The notes under the pieces were generated by a model that was not told where the DNA came from, did no database searches, and saw nothing but the letters and a program-made list of their open reading frames with translations. The position numbers and the translations under genes were made by a program. DNA of 64,000 bases from Rubripirellula sp. (GTDB lineage: Bacteria > Planctomycetota > Planctomycetia > Pirellulales > Pirellulaceae). Position 1 is the first letter of the stretch, and each line of letters begins with the position of its first letter. Below, piece after piece: positions 1 to 10,103 of the stretch. The stretch covers positions 8,032,001 to 8,096,000 of the forward strand of contig OZ244207.1 of assembly GCA_965216875.1 (NCBI GenBank), in the 5' to 3' direction.

Positions 1-2
1 GC

Positions 3-1076
3 CTGTTCGCTGTCGGGCCGATCGCCCTCGCCGATTGGCCACTCCCCAGAGGGAATGCCCAGTCAACCGGGTACACCGACCAGACGTTGCCCGAAACACT
101 CGAAGTTGCCTGGGAGTACAAAGCGGAAGAGGCGATCGAAACGACGCCCGTTGTTGCTCAGGGACGCGTCTTCTTGAGCGATGTGATGGGACGTTTGTAT
201 GCCGTCAATGAATCGGATGGCTCGGAGATCTGGAAAAAGAACTACGACACCGGCTTCATTGCATCGCCTGCGGTCAACGGAAAACTCTTGGTGATCGGTG
301 ATATCGAAGGGAATCTTTACGGTCTCGATGTCGCAACCGGCAATGAAACTTGGAAGGCAATGACCGATGGTGAAATCAACGGCGCGGCGGCCTTTTACAA
401 AGACAACGTGTTGGTCACCAGCCAGGACGGCAAGCTTTATTGCTTTCGACAAAAAGACGGTTCACCCGTTTGGACCTACGCCACCGACGACCAGATCCGC
501 TGCAGCCCAGCCCTTGCCGGCGATCGTACTTTCCTTGGTGGCTGTGACGGGCGATTGCATATCGTTGATCTAAAGACCGGCAAAGCGGCGACAGAACCGC
601 TTCCACTGGGGGGACCGACCGGCAGTACTCCGGCCGTGCGCGACAACAAAGCCTTTCTGCCAATCATGGATGGAGCGATCTTTGCCTTCGATTGGTCCAA
701 GCCAGCAGAGCTTTGGCGATACGAAGACGACGAACGCAACCAGGAATACCGAGGAAGCGCCGCGATCTCCGAAGACTTGGTGATTGTGAGCAGTCAATTC
801 AAACAGGTTGACGCGATTTCGATCGAGACCGGAAAACGTAAATGGCGTCACACGCTGCGACGGCGCGCTGATGCTTCGCCCCTGGTCGCCGGTGATGATG
901 TCTGGATCGCCGCGACGGACGGACGGCTGATTCGCCTTGCTCTCAAGGACGGAACGGAAAAGTGGCAATATGAAGTTCGCGGGGCGTTCATCGGCGCCCC
1001 GGCGATTTCCAACGGAAAACTCTTCATTGCCGACGACGACGGTGTGTTGCGGTGTTTTGCAGCACCCGCGAACTAG
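3..1076 (+). CDS. PQQ-like beta-propeller (BamB-like) protein, 5' truncated by the window edge
   Basis: The frame is open from base 3 (LFAVGPIALADWPLPRGNAQSTG..., typical signal-peptide end and DW..RG start). Repeated A.D..TG...W blades. Confidence 0.85.
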   Translation: MFAVGPIALADWPLPRGNAQSTGYTDQTLPETLEVAWEYKAEEAIETTPVVAQGRVFLSDVMGRLYAVNESDGSEIWKKNYDTGFIASPAVNGKLLVIGDIEGNLYGLDVATGNETWKAMTDGEINGAAAFYKDNVLVTSQDGKLYCFRQKDGSPVWTYATDDQIRCSPALAGDRTFLGGCDGRLHIVDLKTGKAATEPLPLGGPTGSTPAVRDNKAFLPIMDGAIFAFDWSKPAELWRYEDDERNQEYRGSAAISEDLVIVSSQFKQVDAISIETGKRKWRHTLRRRADASPLVAGDDVWIAATDGRLIRLALKDGTEKWQYEVRGAFIGAPAISNGKLFIADDDGVLRCFAAPAN

Positions 1077-1195
1077 CGACCGAAACATTCGCTTGTCGAA
1101 CGTGTGGGGAGCAAACGCCGCGCTTCGCGTTTTGGGCGTAGGTACTACAATGGGTCGTCGCCCCTTTCACGAATCACCAGCCCCCACGAGATTGC

Positions 1196-2509
1196 ATGTC
1201 TGCCGCGAGCGATAAAAAGACCGAAGTCGGCAACTACTTCATCTCAAACTATCCACCCTACAGCACGTGGAAAAAGGATGAACTCGCCGCGGTCCGCGAG
1301 GCGCTGAACAATCCGCCGCGACAGGACACGCCACTTGGGCTTTACTTGCACATCCCGTTTTGTCGCAAACGTTGCAAGTTCTGTTACTTCAAGGTCTTTA
1401 CCGACGTCAACGCGGCGGAAGTTCAACGCTACGTCGACGCCCTCTGTGCCGAAATCTCGATGGTCAGCGAGTTGGCGGTGATGGGCGATCGCCCCTTCCG
1501 ATTCGTCTATTTCGGTGGTGGCACGCCAAGCTTTCTGTCGCCGAAACAACTCACCAAACTTGCCGGTCGACTTCGCGAGCACATTACATGGGATGGCGCC
1601 GAAGAGGTCACGTTTGAATGCGAGCCAGGAACTCTGAGCGAAACGAAGGTCAAAACGCTCCGCGAAGAACTTGGTGTGACGCGACTGAGTCTTGGTGTCG
1701 AGAATTTTTCGGACGCCATTCTCGAAGAGAACGGACGTGCTCATCTTTCAAAGCAAGTCTTCAACGCTTGGGAATGGATCGCCGCGGCCGACTTTCCCAA
1801 TGTCAACATTGACTTGATTTCAGGCATGGTGGGCGAAACGTGGGACAACTGGCGCGAGAATGTTCGCAGGACACTCGAGCTCTCGCCGGAAAGTGTCACG
1901 ATCTACCAAATGGAACTGCCCTTCAATACGGTCATCAGCAAGGACTTGATTGGCACCGGCGCCGAAAGTCCAGTTGCCGATTGGGATACCAAACGCGCTT
2001 GGGTTCAGTACGCATTCGATGAATTCAAGCAAGCGGGCTACAGCGTCAGCAGCGCCTACACGGTTGTCAAAGACCCAAGCAAAGTGAATTTCTCGTACCG
2101 TGATAATCTCTTCAGCGGTGCCGATCTGTTAGCGACGGGGATCGCAAGTTTTGGGCATGCCAGCGGCGTGCACTACCAAAACCTCCCTGACCTCGAAAAG
2201 TATCTCGGCACGATCGAATCAGGGGCGTTGCCGCTTGGTCGCGGTTTTGTGCCGACGGATGATCAACGCTTGATTCGTGAACTCATCCTGCTGCTCAAGC
2301 TTGGCAAACTGGATGCTGGCTACTTTCGCGACAAGTTCGATGTTGATGTTGTCGAGCGTTGGAAAAAAGAGTGGGACGGTCACGTTCAAGACGGGTACGC
2401 GACGATCGAAGGCGACAACATTCGCTTGACCGATGCTGGATTGCTTCGAGTGGACGGGTTGTTGCCCGTTTTCTTTGAACCGGAACACAGGCAGATTCGA
2501 TACACGTGA
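1196..2509 (+). CDS. HemN-like (coproporphyrinogen III oxidase family) radical SAM protein
   Basis: LYLHIPFCRKRCKFCYF (CxxxCxxC), YFGGGTPS, RLSLGVE, NIDLISG. Confidence 0.9.
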   Translation: MSAASDKKTEVGNYFISNYPPYSTWKKDELAAVREALNNPPRQDTPLGLYLHIPFCRKRCKFCYFKVFTDVNAAEVQRYVDALCAEISMVSELAVMGDRPFRFVYFGGGTPSFLSPKQLTKLAGRLREHITWDGAEEVTFECEPGTLSETKVKTLREELGVTRLSLGVENFSDAILEENGRAHLSKQVFNAWEWIAAADFPNVNIDLISGMVGETWDNWRENVRRTLELSPESVTIYQMELPFNTVISKDLIGTGAESPVADWDTKRAWVQYAFDEFKQAGYSVSSAYTVVKDPSKVNFSYRDNLFSGADLLATGIASFGHASGVHYQNLPDLEKYLGTIESGALPLGRGFVPTDDQRLIRELILLLKLGKLDAGYFRDKFDVDVVERWKKEWDGHVQDGYATIEGDNIRLTDAGLLRVDGLLPVFFEPEHRQIRYT

Positions 2510-3009
2510 GCGACAATCAAACATCGAGTCCTGGTTCCGAGGGCGGCGAGGATTCGTTCACGTTTGCAATGGGCGAATTCGAGGCGCACTTTCCGCGCGA
2601 CCGATCCTACGTCACCAACCACATGTGGGGCAAAGAGATTGGCGGCGGGCGTTGGCGGTTCGGATTGACGGCTTATGCGGTGCGTCTGCTTCAGGATGTT
2701 TACTTCCTGGATTGGATCGTTGATCCGCCCCAAGCCATCGAGTTGCGCGCCCAAATCGGTTCGATCGAGAGCAAGAAAGCCGAGAGCGACTTGTTTGCAC
2801 CGATCGCTGGGACGTTTGCATCGATCAACGACGCGACCATCGACGACCCTTCGTTGATCAACGCCGATGCTTATGAACAAGGCTGGTTGATCGAGATCGA
2901 TGCGGGGGCCGTGACCCCGAAACTGTTGTCACCCGACGAGTATGCGGACCATCTTAACGAAGCGTGGGAAGTGGCTCAGCGAACGATCAAAGGCCAGGTC
3001 AATCAGTAG
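2506..3009 (+). CDS. gcvH: Glycine cleavage H-like lipoyl-carrier protein
   Basis: HMW...GLTAYA, IESKKAESDLFAP (lipoyl-Lys motif), INADAYEQGWL. Overlaps the upstream stop by 4 bp (GTGA). Confidence 0.8.
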   Translation: MSDNQTSSPGSEGGEDSFTFAMGEFEAHFPRDRSYVTNHMWGKEIGGGRWRFGLTAYAVRLLQDVYFLDWIVDPPQAIELRAQIGSIESKKAESDLFAPIAGTFASINDATIDDPSLINADAYEQGWLIEIDAGAVTPKLLSPDEYADHLNEAWEVAQRTIKGQVNQ

Positions 3010-3025
3010 CGTTTGAAACACGCAA

Positions 3026-3514
3026 TCAATCGTCGTATGGAGGCGACGGTGGAGGCGGAGGTCCGCCAGGCGATGAAGCTGCCATCGCTCCCGCCATTTC
3101 TGCGGCGGCGCGTTCGGCCAACATGCGTGTTCGCCCCGTCATGGTGCCATTGAAATAGAGTGGCGAGATCCACGAGTTGCCCGACATCGGCACGCTGATG
3201 TCGACCTGAACGATCTCTGTTTCGTCTGTGATCGGGTCAGGCGTGATCGAGACCGTTGCACCAGTGATCGAGAATTGAGTCAAGTGATCTTGAGCGTGTT
3301 GCTCGATGGCGGTGGTGTCGGCGCCCACGATGATTCCCTTGCGAGCGGCGAGGTACGAGGCGTGGTCAATCGCGTGCTCCATCATGTTCAATCGAACAAA
3401 CTCGATGGAAGCGAACACGATGGTGATCAAGATCGAAATGGAGATCGCAAACTCGACCGCTGCCGCCCCCTGTCGCTTACATGACCGCTGGTGGCGTTTG
3501 ATTACCTTGTTCAT
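3026..3514 (-). CDS. TadE/TadG-family pilus assembly protein
   Basis: RQGAAAVEFA prepilin-like motif followed by a hydrophobic helix and AARKG. Confidence 0.85.
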   Translation of the reverse strand: MNKVIKRHQRSCKRQGAAAVEFAISISILITIVFASIEFVRLNMMEHAIDHASYLAARKGIIVGADTTAIEQHAQDHLTQFSITGATVSITPDPITDETEIVQVDISVPMSGNSWISPLYFNGTMTGRTRMLAERAAAEMAGAMAASSPGGPPPPPSPPYDD

Positions 3515-3523
3515 GATTAGCAA

Positions 3524-4630
3524 CTACTGGGTGAGAATCGATGGCAAGCGACGTGCGATGTCGCGAAACGCTTGGTTCAATTGAGATGCGTCGACGGCGT
3601 GATAGTGTGTACCGCCTGTCGCGTCGGCGATGTTCTGCATGAGCGTCTGGTCAGCCCCATCGCTGAAACTGACGGTGTAGATCGGGATCTCGGCAGCGAC
3701 CGCATCGTTGGCGATATCAAGCGGATTGGGCCCTTTGGTATTGTTCCCGTCACTCATCAACACCATCGCCTTGTTTGCCCAGGGACGAGAGTAGCCAGAT
3801 GCGTTGACGGTCTCGATGCCTTCAGTGATTCCGTCACCGATGTTCGTGCCGCCACCCTTGAATGATTGCGAGATCAAGTCGAGTTCATCGGAGATTTCTT
3901 GGTAGGTTGTGGTCAGGTCTGCCAAGCGTGTTGCGGTTGACGAATACCCAACCAAACCAATCTTCTCGACCTTTCCGGTCGCATCGAGTTCCGCGCAGAA
4001 GTTGTCGACCGAAACGACAAGGTCGAGCCAGCGACTATTCGGTGGAACCGGATCCCCGTAGGACCAACCGGGCGGAGCAGCCGCCGGTGTACCGCTGACT
4101 GATTCATCCGAGGCAAATGACATCGAGCCGCTCGTGTCAACGACTACGACCACGTCGAGGGTCGTTTGTGCATGCGAGGCCTGCGAGCGCGGCCGAATGT
4201 CAAAGTTCGTGCCCATGATTGGAAAAAAGGGCTGAACGGCATCGCCTGCGCCATCAGCAAAGGCGTTTGTGGTCAAGCGGACTGAGTTTCCGTTCGTCCC
4301 CGCAACAAACGTGTAGGGAGCATCGGAGGACGCGCGTTCACTCAACCCAAACTCGAGGTCGTTCGCCTCGATTGCCATGATCTTCGCTTCAACCGGGTTC
4401 AATTGAGCCAGCTGTTGTGCCGCAGCGAGTGCCAAATCTTCATCGCCGGTTGCAACGTACTCAACACCCGCTGCGCGCGTTGCCGCGTCGGTGACGATTT
4501 GCAATTTCGTGTTCACGAATTGGATGTACGCCAAGTTGACAGCGAGTGCTGCCAACGCAAAGAGAACGGGCAACAGGATCACCATGGTGATCATTGTTGC
4601 AGCGCGTCGTTTCTTCGCTCGTCTTGTCAT
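3524..4630 (-). CDS. TadG-like protein with vWA domain
   Basis: N-terminal TM helix and DAATRAAG, MIDAS motif DTSGS, GGTNIGDG, MSDG. Start uncertain (4630-4675). Confidence 0.85.
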   Translation of the reverse strand: MTRRAKKRRAATMITMVILLPVLFALAALAVNLAYIQFVNTKLQIVTDAATRAAGVEYVATGDEDLALAAAQQLAQLNPVEAKIMAIEANDLEFGLSERASSDAPYTFVAGTNGNSVRLTTNAFADGAGDAVQPFFPIMGTNFDIRPRSQASHAQTTLDVVVVVDTSGSMSFASDESVSGTPAAAPPGWSYGDPVPPNSRWLDLVVSVDNFCAELDATGKVEKIGLVGYSSTATRLADLTTTYQEISDELDLISQSFKGGGTNIGDGITEGIETVNASGYSRPWANKAMVLMSDGNNTKGPNPLDIANDAVAAEIPIYTVSFSDGADQTLMQNIADATGGTHYHAVDASQLNQAFRDIARRLPSILTQ

Positions 4631-4690
4631 ATCTCTTTCATCCATCCATATAGGAACGGCGTTTGGTCCCAGCAAACGGGTGCCGGTTGG

Positions 4691-5179
4691 TCACTCAGTT
4701 CGCATGATGACCGTTTCGGAAAGCGTTTGGCCCTCGTAAAAGATCGCGCCGAGCACCGAGTTCTGTTCGCAATCGGCCGCGACGGTCACCGTCAATAAGT
4801 CACCCACTTCGGTCGTGGTTGGATCGGGACTAATCGTGATGTTGTAGGCCTCGATTCCACGATCATCCAAAATCAGTTGGCACTGAGTTTGAACTGCGGA
4901 CTCGTCCGTTCCAGGCAAGATCCCAATGCGAGCGCCTTCGTAGGCTGTCACCGCCAGGTTCTGCTTCAGCTGCAGCATTACGCAGGCCTCGATGGTTGCC
5001 AGCAAGATCACCACCAAGACTGGCAGGCAAATCGCGAGCTCGACAACCGCAACGCCAGCAGGATGACGCGATTGCGTTTTGCCAACACACCGAGAGGGAC
5101 GCTTTCTCGAAAGCACTGATTTGTTCCGCGCGAGAATGGGGCTCCAGACAGCACAGTTCCCGTTGTGACCCCTGCGCAT
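4691..5179 (-). CDS. TadE-family protein
   Basis: GVAVVELAICLPVL...AYEGARIG. Start uncertain. Confidence 0.8.
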   Translation of the reverse strand: MRRGHNGNCAVWSPILARNKSVLSRKRPSRCVGKTQSRHPAGVAVVELAICLPVLVVILLATIEACVMLQLKQNLAVTAYEGARIGILPGTDESAVQTQCQLILDDRGIEAYNITISPDPTTTEVGDLLTVTVAADCEQNSVLGAIFYEGQTLSETVIMRTE

Positions 5180-5310
5180 GCTGTCTGATCAATTGCAGCA
5201 AGGGCCGTCATTGGGAACGATAGTGCGCTCCATGACCGCTTGGGCCCGCATGTTCGACCCGATGGGTGTTGGAATGCCCCATCGCTAGTAGGCATTGACG
5301 ACCGTAGCGG

Positions 5311-6102
5311 TTATGCCGAATGTCGATGCCGATGGATGAACGCCGCAGCCACTTTCGCGACAAATTCGAGATCGTCGGCATTGTTGGAAAGCAGGTGATC
5401 CGCCTCGGCGATTGACACCAAACTGACGGCAGTCTCGGCCGCGGAGGATCCCTTGATCAGGCCCATGATCCTGAGCGCATGATCGAACCCAACCGTTTCA
5501 TCAACGGGAGAATGCAGCAGAAGTGTTGGGGTTTGGACGGTCGCGAGCTGTTTCGGTACATCGTGAACTCGAAAGTCGTCAAGCATCGCTTTGCGTATCG
5601 AGTACTCGCGTCCGCCGATCGTGACTTGGCCGATTCCCTCACTGGCAATCCGCGGATCCATTCGCTCAAGCAGGGTTGCCAAGTGTTGCGTGTCACTGGG
5701 GGCGGCCAAGGTGACGACCGATCCCAATTCGGATCTCTTCGCCGCGGTTGCCAACGACGCGACGCCGCCGAAGCTGTGACCAATCAATGATGACACGGGA
5801 CCCAGGTTGGTCTCGGCAAACGCGATCGCTTCGCCGAGGTCAGCCAAGTTGGTGGTGAAGTTTGTGCGTGAAAAATCACCTTGGCTGCCACCGAGGCCGG
5901 TCATGTCGTAGCGAAGGACGGTGATGCCATGGTCGGCCAAAGCACGCGAAATGCGCACGATCGCTTTCAGGTCTTTGTTGCAAGTAAAGCAATGGCTAAA
6001 GACAGCGACCGGCGCGTCATCGCTCGACGATTCGTCAACGATTCCGGCAAGCTCGAAACCGCTTCCGCCGGGAAATGAAACTCGATAAGACCTACGACGC
6101 AC
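5311..6102 (-). CDS. Alpha/beta hydrolase (OsmC-associated N-terminal type)
   Basis: HCFTCNKD, GHSFGG nucleophile elbow, HSPVD, ADHLL. Confidence 0.85.
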   Translation of the reverse strand: MRRRSYRVSFPGGSGFELAGIVDESSSDDAPVAVFSHCFTCNKDLKAIVRISRALADHGITVLRYDMTGLGGSQGDFSRTNFTTNLADLGEAIAFAETNLGPVSSLIGHSFGGVASLATAAKRSELGSVVTLAAPSDTQHLATLLERMDPRIASEGIGQVTIGGREYSIRKAMLDDFRVHDVPKQLATVQTPTLLLHSPVDETVGFDHALRIMGLIKGSSAAETAVSLVSIAEADHLLSNNADDLEFVAKVAAAFIHRHRHSA

Positions 6103-6139
6103 GATGAATCAAGCGGTCCAACGCCGCAAACGAATGATC

Positions 6140-7156
6140 TTAGTTTTGGCTTCCGTCGGTTCCGATGCGTCCCGCTTGGAACGCTTCGGCCATCGCCATG
6201 GGCACCTCGGCTTCGGCCAGCACCAACTGGGCGCGATTTTCGGCGACGCGGGCTTTCATCTGTTGCTCTTCGGCGATCGCCTCGGCACGTCGACGTTCCG
6301 CTTGAGCACGGGCAACACGTGTGTCAGCTTCAGCTTGGTCGCTTTGCAAACGAGCGCCGATGTTTTCGCCAACATCGATGTCACCGATGTCGATCGAGAC
6401 AATTTCAAACGCGGTCTGGGCATCAAGTCCACGCGACAGAACGACTCGGGTGATCATGTCGGGATTTTCCAACACATCAAAATGACTGTCGGCCGAACCG
6501 ATCGAGCTAATGATTGCTTCGCCGACACGTGCGATGACGGTGTCTTCGGTCGCACCACCGATCAATTGTTCGATGCTGGTTCGAACCGTAACGCGGGCGC
6601 GGACACGAAGTTCAATGCCATTCTTGGTGATCGCGCTGAGCGTCGTTTTTCCACTTCGCGATGGATCGGGGCAATCAATCACTTTCGGGTAGACGCTCGT
6701 TTGCACCGCATCAAGCACATCGCGGCCAGCCAAGTCAATCGCAGCGGCTTGGTCAAAGTCGAGAGGGATCTCGGCACGGTGTGCCGCGATGATGGCGTGA
6801 ATCACATTCATCACGTTGCCGCCGGCCAAATAATGGGCTTCCAATCGCTTCGTACTGATCCCGGTGTTGCGATCAATGTTCAAACCGGCCTGCGCCGACA
6901 TGACCTTTGCCTGAACGACCACTTGCGGGTTCACTTTGGTGAAGTGCATGCGGATCAAGTTGGAAAGCTTCACGTCGGCCGTCGACATGTACGCTTGAAA
7001 CCAAAGCTTGAAATACTTGGCAAAGAAGAAGAGCAGGATGGCGCCGACAAAGGCAGCAAAAAAGCCGCCAATGATCCCCGCGATTTGCCAGGGGGTCAGC
7101 TGGATGGCGGGCGGTACTAGGAATGCAAAGACTGGTACAGTCATTGGTGTCGTCAT
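6140..7156 (-). CDS. floA: Flotillin-like protein FloA (YqfA/UPF0365)
   Basis: [43 protein letters not shown]. Confidence 0.9.
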   Translation of the reverse strand: MTTPMTVPVFAFLVPPAIQLTPWQIAGIIGGFFAAFVGAILLFFFAKYFKLWFQAYMSTADVKLSNLIRMHFTKVNPQVVVQAKVMSAQAGLNIDRNTGISTKRLEAHYLAGGNVMNVIHAIIAAHRAEIPLDFDQAAAIDLAGRDVLDAVQTSVYPKVIDCPDPSRSGKTTLSAITKNGIELRVRARVTVRTSIEQLIGGATEDTVIARVGEAIISSIGSADSHFDVLENPDMITRVVLSRGLDAQTAFEIVSIDIGDIDVGENIGARLQSDQAEADTRVARAQAERRRAEAIAEEQQMKARVAENRAQLVLAEAEVPMAMAEAFQAGRIGTDGSQN

Positions 7157-7233
7157 GATGTCTCGTCCACAAACGGAATCTTGCTGCGGTCCCTAAAATG
7201 ATAGGGGGGCTGGACACCCGTGCAAAGTCACCG

Positions 7234-7343
7234 TCGCAAGGCACGCCCCTGCCCATCGCAACACAGGCTCCTGCCCGTCGCAACACAGGCTCCTGCCCGT
7301 CGCAACACAGGCTCCTGCCCACCACGATGCAAGCTCCTGCCCA
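7234..7343. repeat. Intergenic tandem repeat, 5 x 22 bp (tcgcaacacaggctcctgcccR)
   Basis: Three near-exact central units (7256-7321) and two degenerate flanking units, with no spacers. Confidence 0.9.
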
Positions 7344-7394
7344 TTGCAGCGTCGGCCCGTGCATTGACTCAAAACGCCCGACGCCGTTTCAGCG

Positions 7395-7649
7395 TCAAAC
7401 GAACTTTTTCAGCACTTCGGCAACCTTGGCCGGGTCGTCCGATTCGACCAAGTGTTTGATCTGGTCTTCTGGTAGGCCCATTTTTTCGAGATGACTGGCG
7501 AGCCTTTTCCAGACGGTGGCTCTTTTTTTTCCTTCAGCCAAATACAGGTCAGTCACCGCTTCTTGGGCCTTTTGCAGTCCAATGGCATCGCGGTTTTGGT
7601 AATAGTTCTTGATGATTTTTTCTTGGTGTCGGCTGCGTTGTTGGCTCAT
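7395..7649 (-). CDS. Small conserved hypothetical protein
   Basis: Preceded by an AAGGA RBS; plausible helical 84-aa product (HQEKIIKNYYQNRDAI). Confidence 0.7.
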   Translation of the reverse strand: MSQQRSRHQEKIIKNYYQNRDAIGLQKAQEAVTDLYLAEGKKRATVWKRLASHLEKMGLPEDQIKHLVESDDPAKVAEVLKKFV

Positions 7650-7860
7650 GGGGCGAATCCTTCCTTTGTTGGCTCGAGAGTGCGTCCACTGTCGGCGAGA
7701 CCGAGACAGTGAGCGGGGGATCGATCAGGCCGGGCGTTCGGCCTGATTGGACCGGGAATATCGTATTTGGGCTACATGTTTTATAGTAGGCTCTTTCAGT
7801 GCCTAGCCTAGGCACTGGAAGCCCGACGAAATTGACTCGAACGACCGAAAGTGACTGGGA

Positions 7861-8286
7861 ATGACTGTTTGCCGTGGTGTCCGCGGGGCAACAACCGTTG
7901 AGGCGGATGATCGCGAACAAATCCTTTGTGCGACGCGCCACCTTCTGGGGTTGATGATCCGTCGCAACAACATCGAATCAGAAGATGTGTGCAGTGTGAT
8001 GTTTACGGTCACACAGGACTTGAGCGCCGAATTCCCAGCTCTCGCCGCACGCCAATTGCGGTGGCTCGACGTGCCGCTCATCTGCAGCTACGAAATCGCC
8101 GTCCAAGGTTCGCTCGAAAAGTGCATTCGCATCTTGGTCCACTGGAACACCGACAAGCCACAGTCCGAGATCGAGCACGTCTACTTGCACGGGGCCGAAA
8201 AGTTGCGGCCCGATTTGTCAGATTTGCCACCGGTCGACTTTGACGAGTTGGAACAGTGGATCAGCGCACACCTTTCACAGGAGTGA
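7861..8286 (+). CDS. aroH: Chorismate mutase, AroH class
   Basis: [40 protein letters not shown]. Confidence 0.92.
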   Translation: MTVCRGVRGATTVEADDREQILCATRHLLGLMIRRNNIESEDVCSVMFTVTQDLSAEFPALAARQLRWLDVPLICSYEIAVQGSLEKCIRILVHWNTDKPQSEIEHVYLHGAEKLRPDLSDLPPVDFDELEQWISAHLSQE

Positions 8287-8290
8287 GCTG

Positions 8291-9208
8291 GTGGCAAGGC
8301 CTGTCAATGTTCGCTGGCTGGCTCGACCCGAACTGAGTGTGGTGCAGGCGGCCTATGTGGTCGCCTCGGGCACTCCCTGTGTCGATGCCAAGACCGAACA
8401 GATGTTGATTGAACCGGTAACGGCGATCAATACGCGCTTGATTTCGTCCTCGGTCGATGTGTCCACGTTTTGGCAGCGGTATCGCACCGAAATCTCGGCC
8501 GACGAAAACCATCAACGCGCATGCAACGCGGCGCTGATCACCGCTGGCTGCAGCGAACTGCAAGTCGAGCAGACCGGCAAAGCGATCTCGAGTCTGCTTA
8601 GCGAATGTCGAATGAGATTCCAGAGTCGATTTCCAAAGCTGACCGAACAGCTGCAGTTGCGACTCAAACCACTCCAGGACCGCTGGGATACCGCCGGCCC
8701 CGGACTCCTCCGCGCTGTTCAGATTCAAACCGGTTGCAAAGCGTTTCCCAGTCGTGTCGAAGGGTTGCTCGTTCAACCGATGCGCGGCGGCGATGGCGGC
8801 ACTGAATCAGAAAAGCGGTTTTGGATCGAGGCGGTCCTTACCGACATTGACCCGATGTTGCCGGAATACTTGCGCGTCGCCTGGTTGATCGCCAAAGCAC
8901 ATTTGACCAAACAGTTTTGCTCGGATGAGGATTCCGACGAAGACTTAAGGGAAGCTTGGTCGCTCGCTGCGGCAATGCTGGTTCTCGAGGCTGCCTCGCA
9001 GCTGCAACTGCTCATGCGTGATGAACTGCCCGTAGGTCCGGCCGTGCAACATTGGCGCCTCGGAAGTTCGCCTTTGGCCGAACGACTCGACACGTGGTGG
9101 AAAGCGATGAAGGAGTCGGGTAGTGAAATCAACGTCGCGGTGGAGCAGCTGCGTCAGCAGATCAAACCAGCCCCCGAGGCTGACGTTGATTTTGATACCG
9201 ATATTTAA
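8291..9208 (+). CDS. Hypothetical protein
   Basis: Long ORF directly after aroH (GTG start at 8291); no motif recognised. Confidence 0.6.
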   Translation: MARPVNVRWLARPELSVVQAAYVVASGTPCVDAKTEQMLIEPVTAINTRLISSSVDVSTFWQRYRTEISADENHQRACNAALITAGCSELQVEQTGKAISSLLSECRMRFQSRFPKLTEQLQLRLKPLQDRWDTAGPGLLRAVQIQTGCKAFPSRVEGLLVQPMRGGDGGTESEKRFWIEAVLTDIDPMLPEYLRVAWLIAKAHLTKQFCSDEDSDEDLREAWSLAAAMLVLEAASQLQLLMRDELPVGPAVQHWRLGSSPLAERLDTWWKAMKESGSEINVAVEQLRQQIKPAPEADVDFDTDI

Positions 9209-9214
9209 GAAGCC

Positions 9215-9418
9215 TTCGTTCGTCGTACCGCCTTTAGGCGGCGACTTTCCGTAGCTACCTTCGCCAGAAGGTGGTGCGAATTGTTCGAGGTGCGTGCAAG
9301 CACACACCCTACTTTCTTTCGTTCGTCGTACCGCCTTTAGGCGGCGACTTTCCGTAGCTACCTTCGCCAGAAGGTGGTGCAAATTGTTCGAGGTGCGTGC
9401 GAGCACACACCCTACTTT
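9215..9418. repeat. Two tandem 103-bp units, each with three REP-like hairpins
   Basis: Units start at 9215 and 9318. Each has ccgcct-tt-aggcgg, GTAG-ctaccttc-gcca-gaaggtgg and, on the minus strand, GTAG-ggtgtgtgc-tt-gcacgcacc. Confidence 0.85.
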
Positions 9419-9915
9419 TCTCGCGTCATTTCAACCGCGGGGCCTTGGTGGGTTTTTCCGTTGGTGGTGATGCTCCAGGTCTGTTTGATTTTATTTTCAC
9501 TGACAAACTCGATCTTCAGCCCCGACATGTAGGTGCTCCCTTTTTCGACACCTGAATTCTCGGCGAGCTTGAATGCCACCGCGTCATCGGAAGCACCGGC
9601 CAGTTGCATGTGCGGTTGATTGCCGAGCATGCAGTAGTGCGTCAATTCAAGCTTGCCCCCGCGATCGTGATAGACCGTCACCATTTCCATCGGCGAGCCA
9701 GGATTGAAGGTCTCGATCACCGCACTCCCCCCTGCGGTCACACGATAGACAAGCGTCACTTTCTGGGGCCCATGCCCGTGATCCGCTTTGCCAGTCCAGG
9801 TACCGACGAGCCCTTTGATCTGTTTCAACGCGTCCGAACCCTCGTGTTTGGGCAGCTCCTGGCCGGACAGCGAAGTCGAGATCAAGCAGAGGGAAAGTAG
9901 TGCCACGAATCGCAT
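9412..9915 (-). CDS. Secreted hypothetical protein
   Basis: Signal peptide; LVGTWTG, GGSAVIET, MVTVYH, LTHYCMLGNQPHM. Confidence 0.75.
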   Translation of the reverse strand: MRFVALLSLCLISTSLSGQELPKHEGSDALKQIKGLVGTWTGKADHGHGPQKVTLVYRVTAGGSAVIETFNPGSPMEMVTVYHDRGGKLELTHYCMLGNQPHMQLAGASDDAVAFKLAENSGVEKGSTYMSGLKIEFVSENKIKQTWSITTNGKTHQGPAVEMTREK

Positions 9916-10103
9916 CGGATGTCTCCATTGAGAGGGAATTCGGCAATTCTACACCAACAATCGGCTGATTTTTTCAGGTTGTTGCGTGCGATCGGAATGG
10001 CCGCGCCTTAAAATGAGACACGTCGTGGGCGGCATTTTGCGGGCACCTTTTTGCCCCACCGACCTGAAAACCTGTTCATTTATCAACACCTCCTGAACGA
10101 CTC

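Noticed and set aside
6104..7120. 338-aa plus-strand ORF
   Set aside because: Antisense shadow of the clearly recognisable floA; no motifs.
7234..7343. Possible CRISPR array
   Set aside because: Repeats are directly adjacent with no unique spacers, and no cas genes are present.
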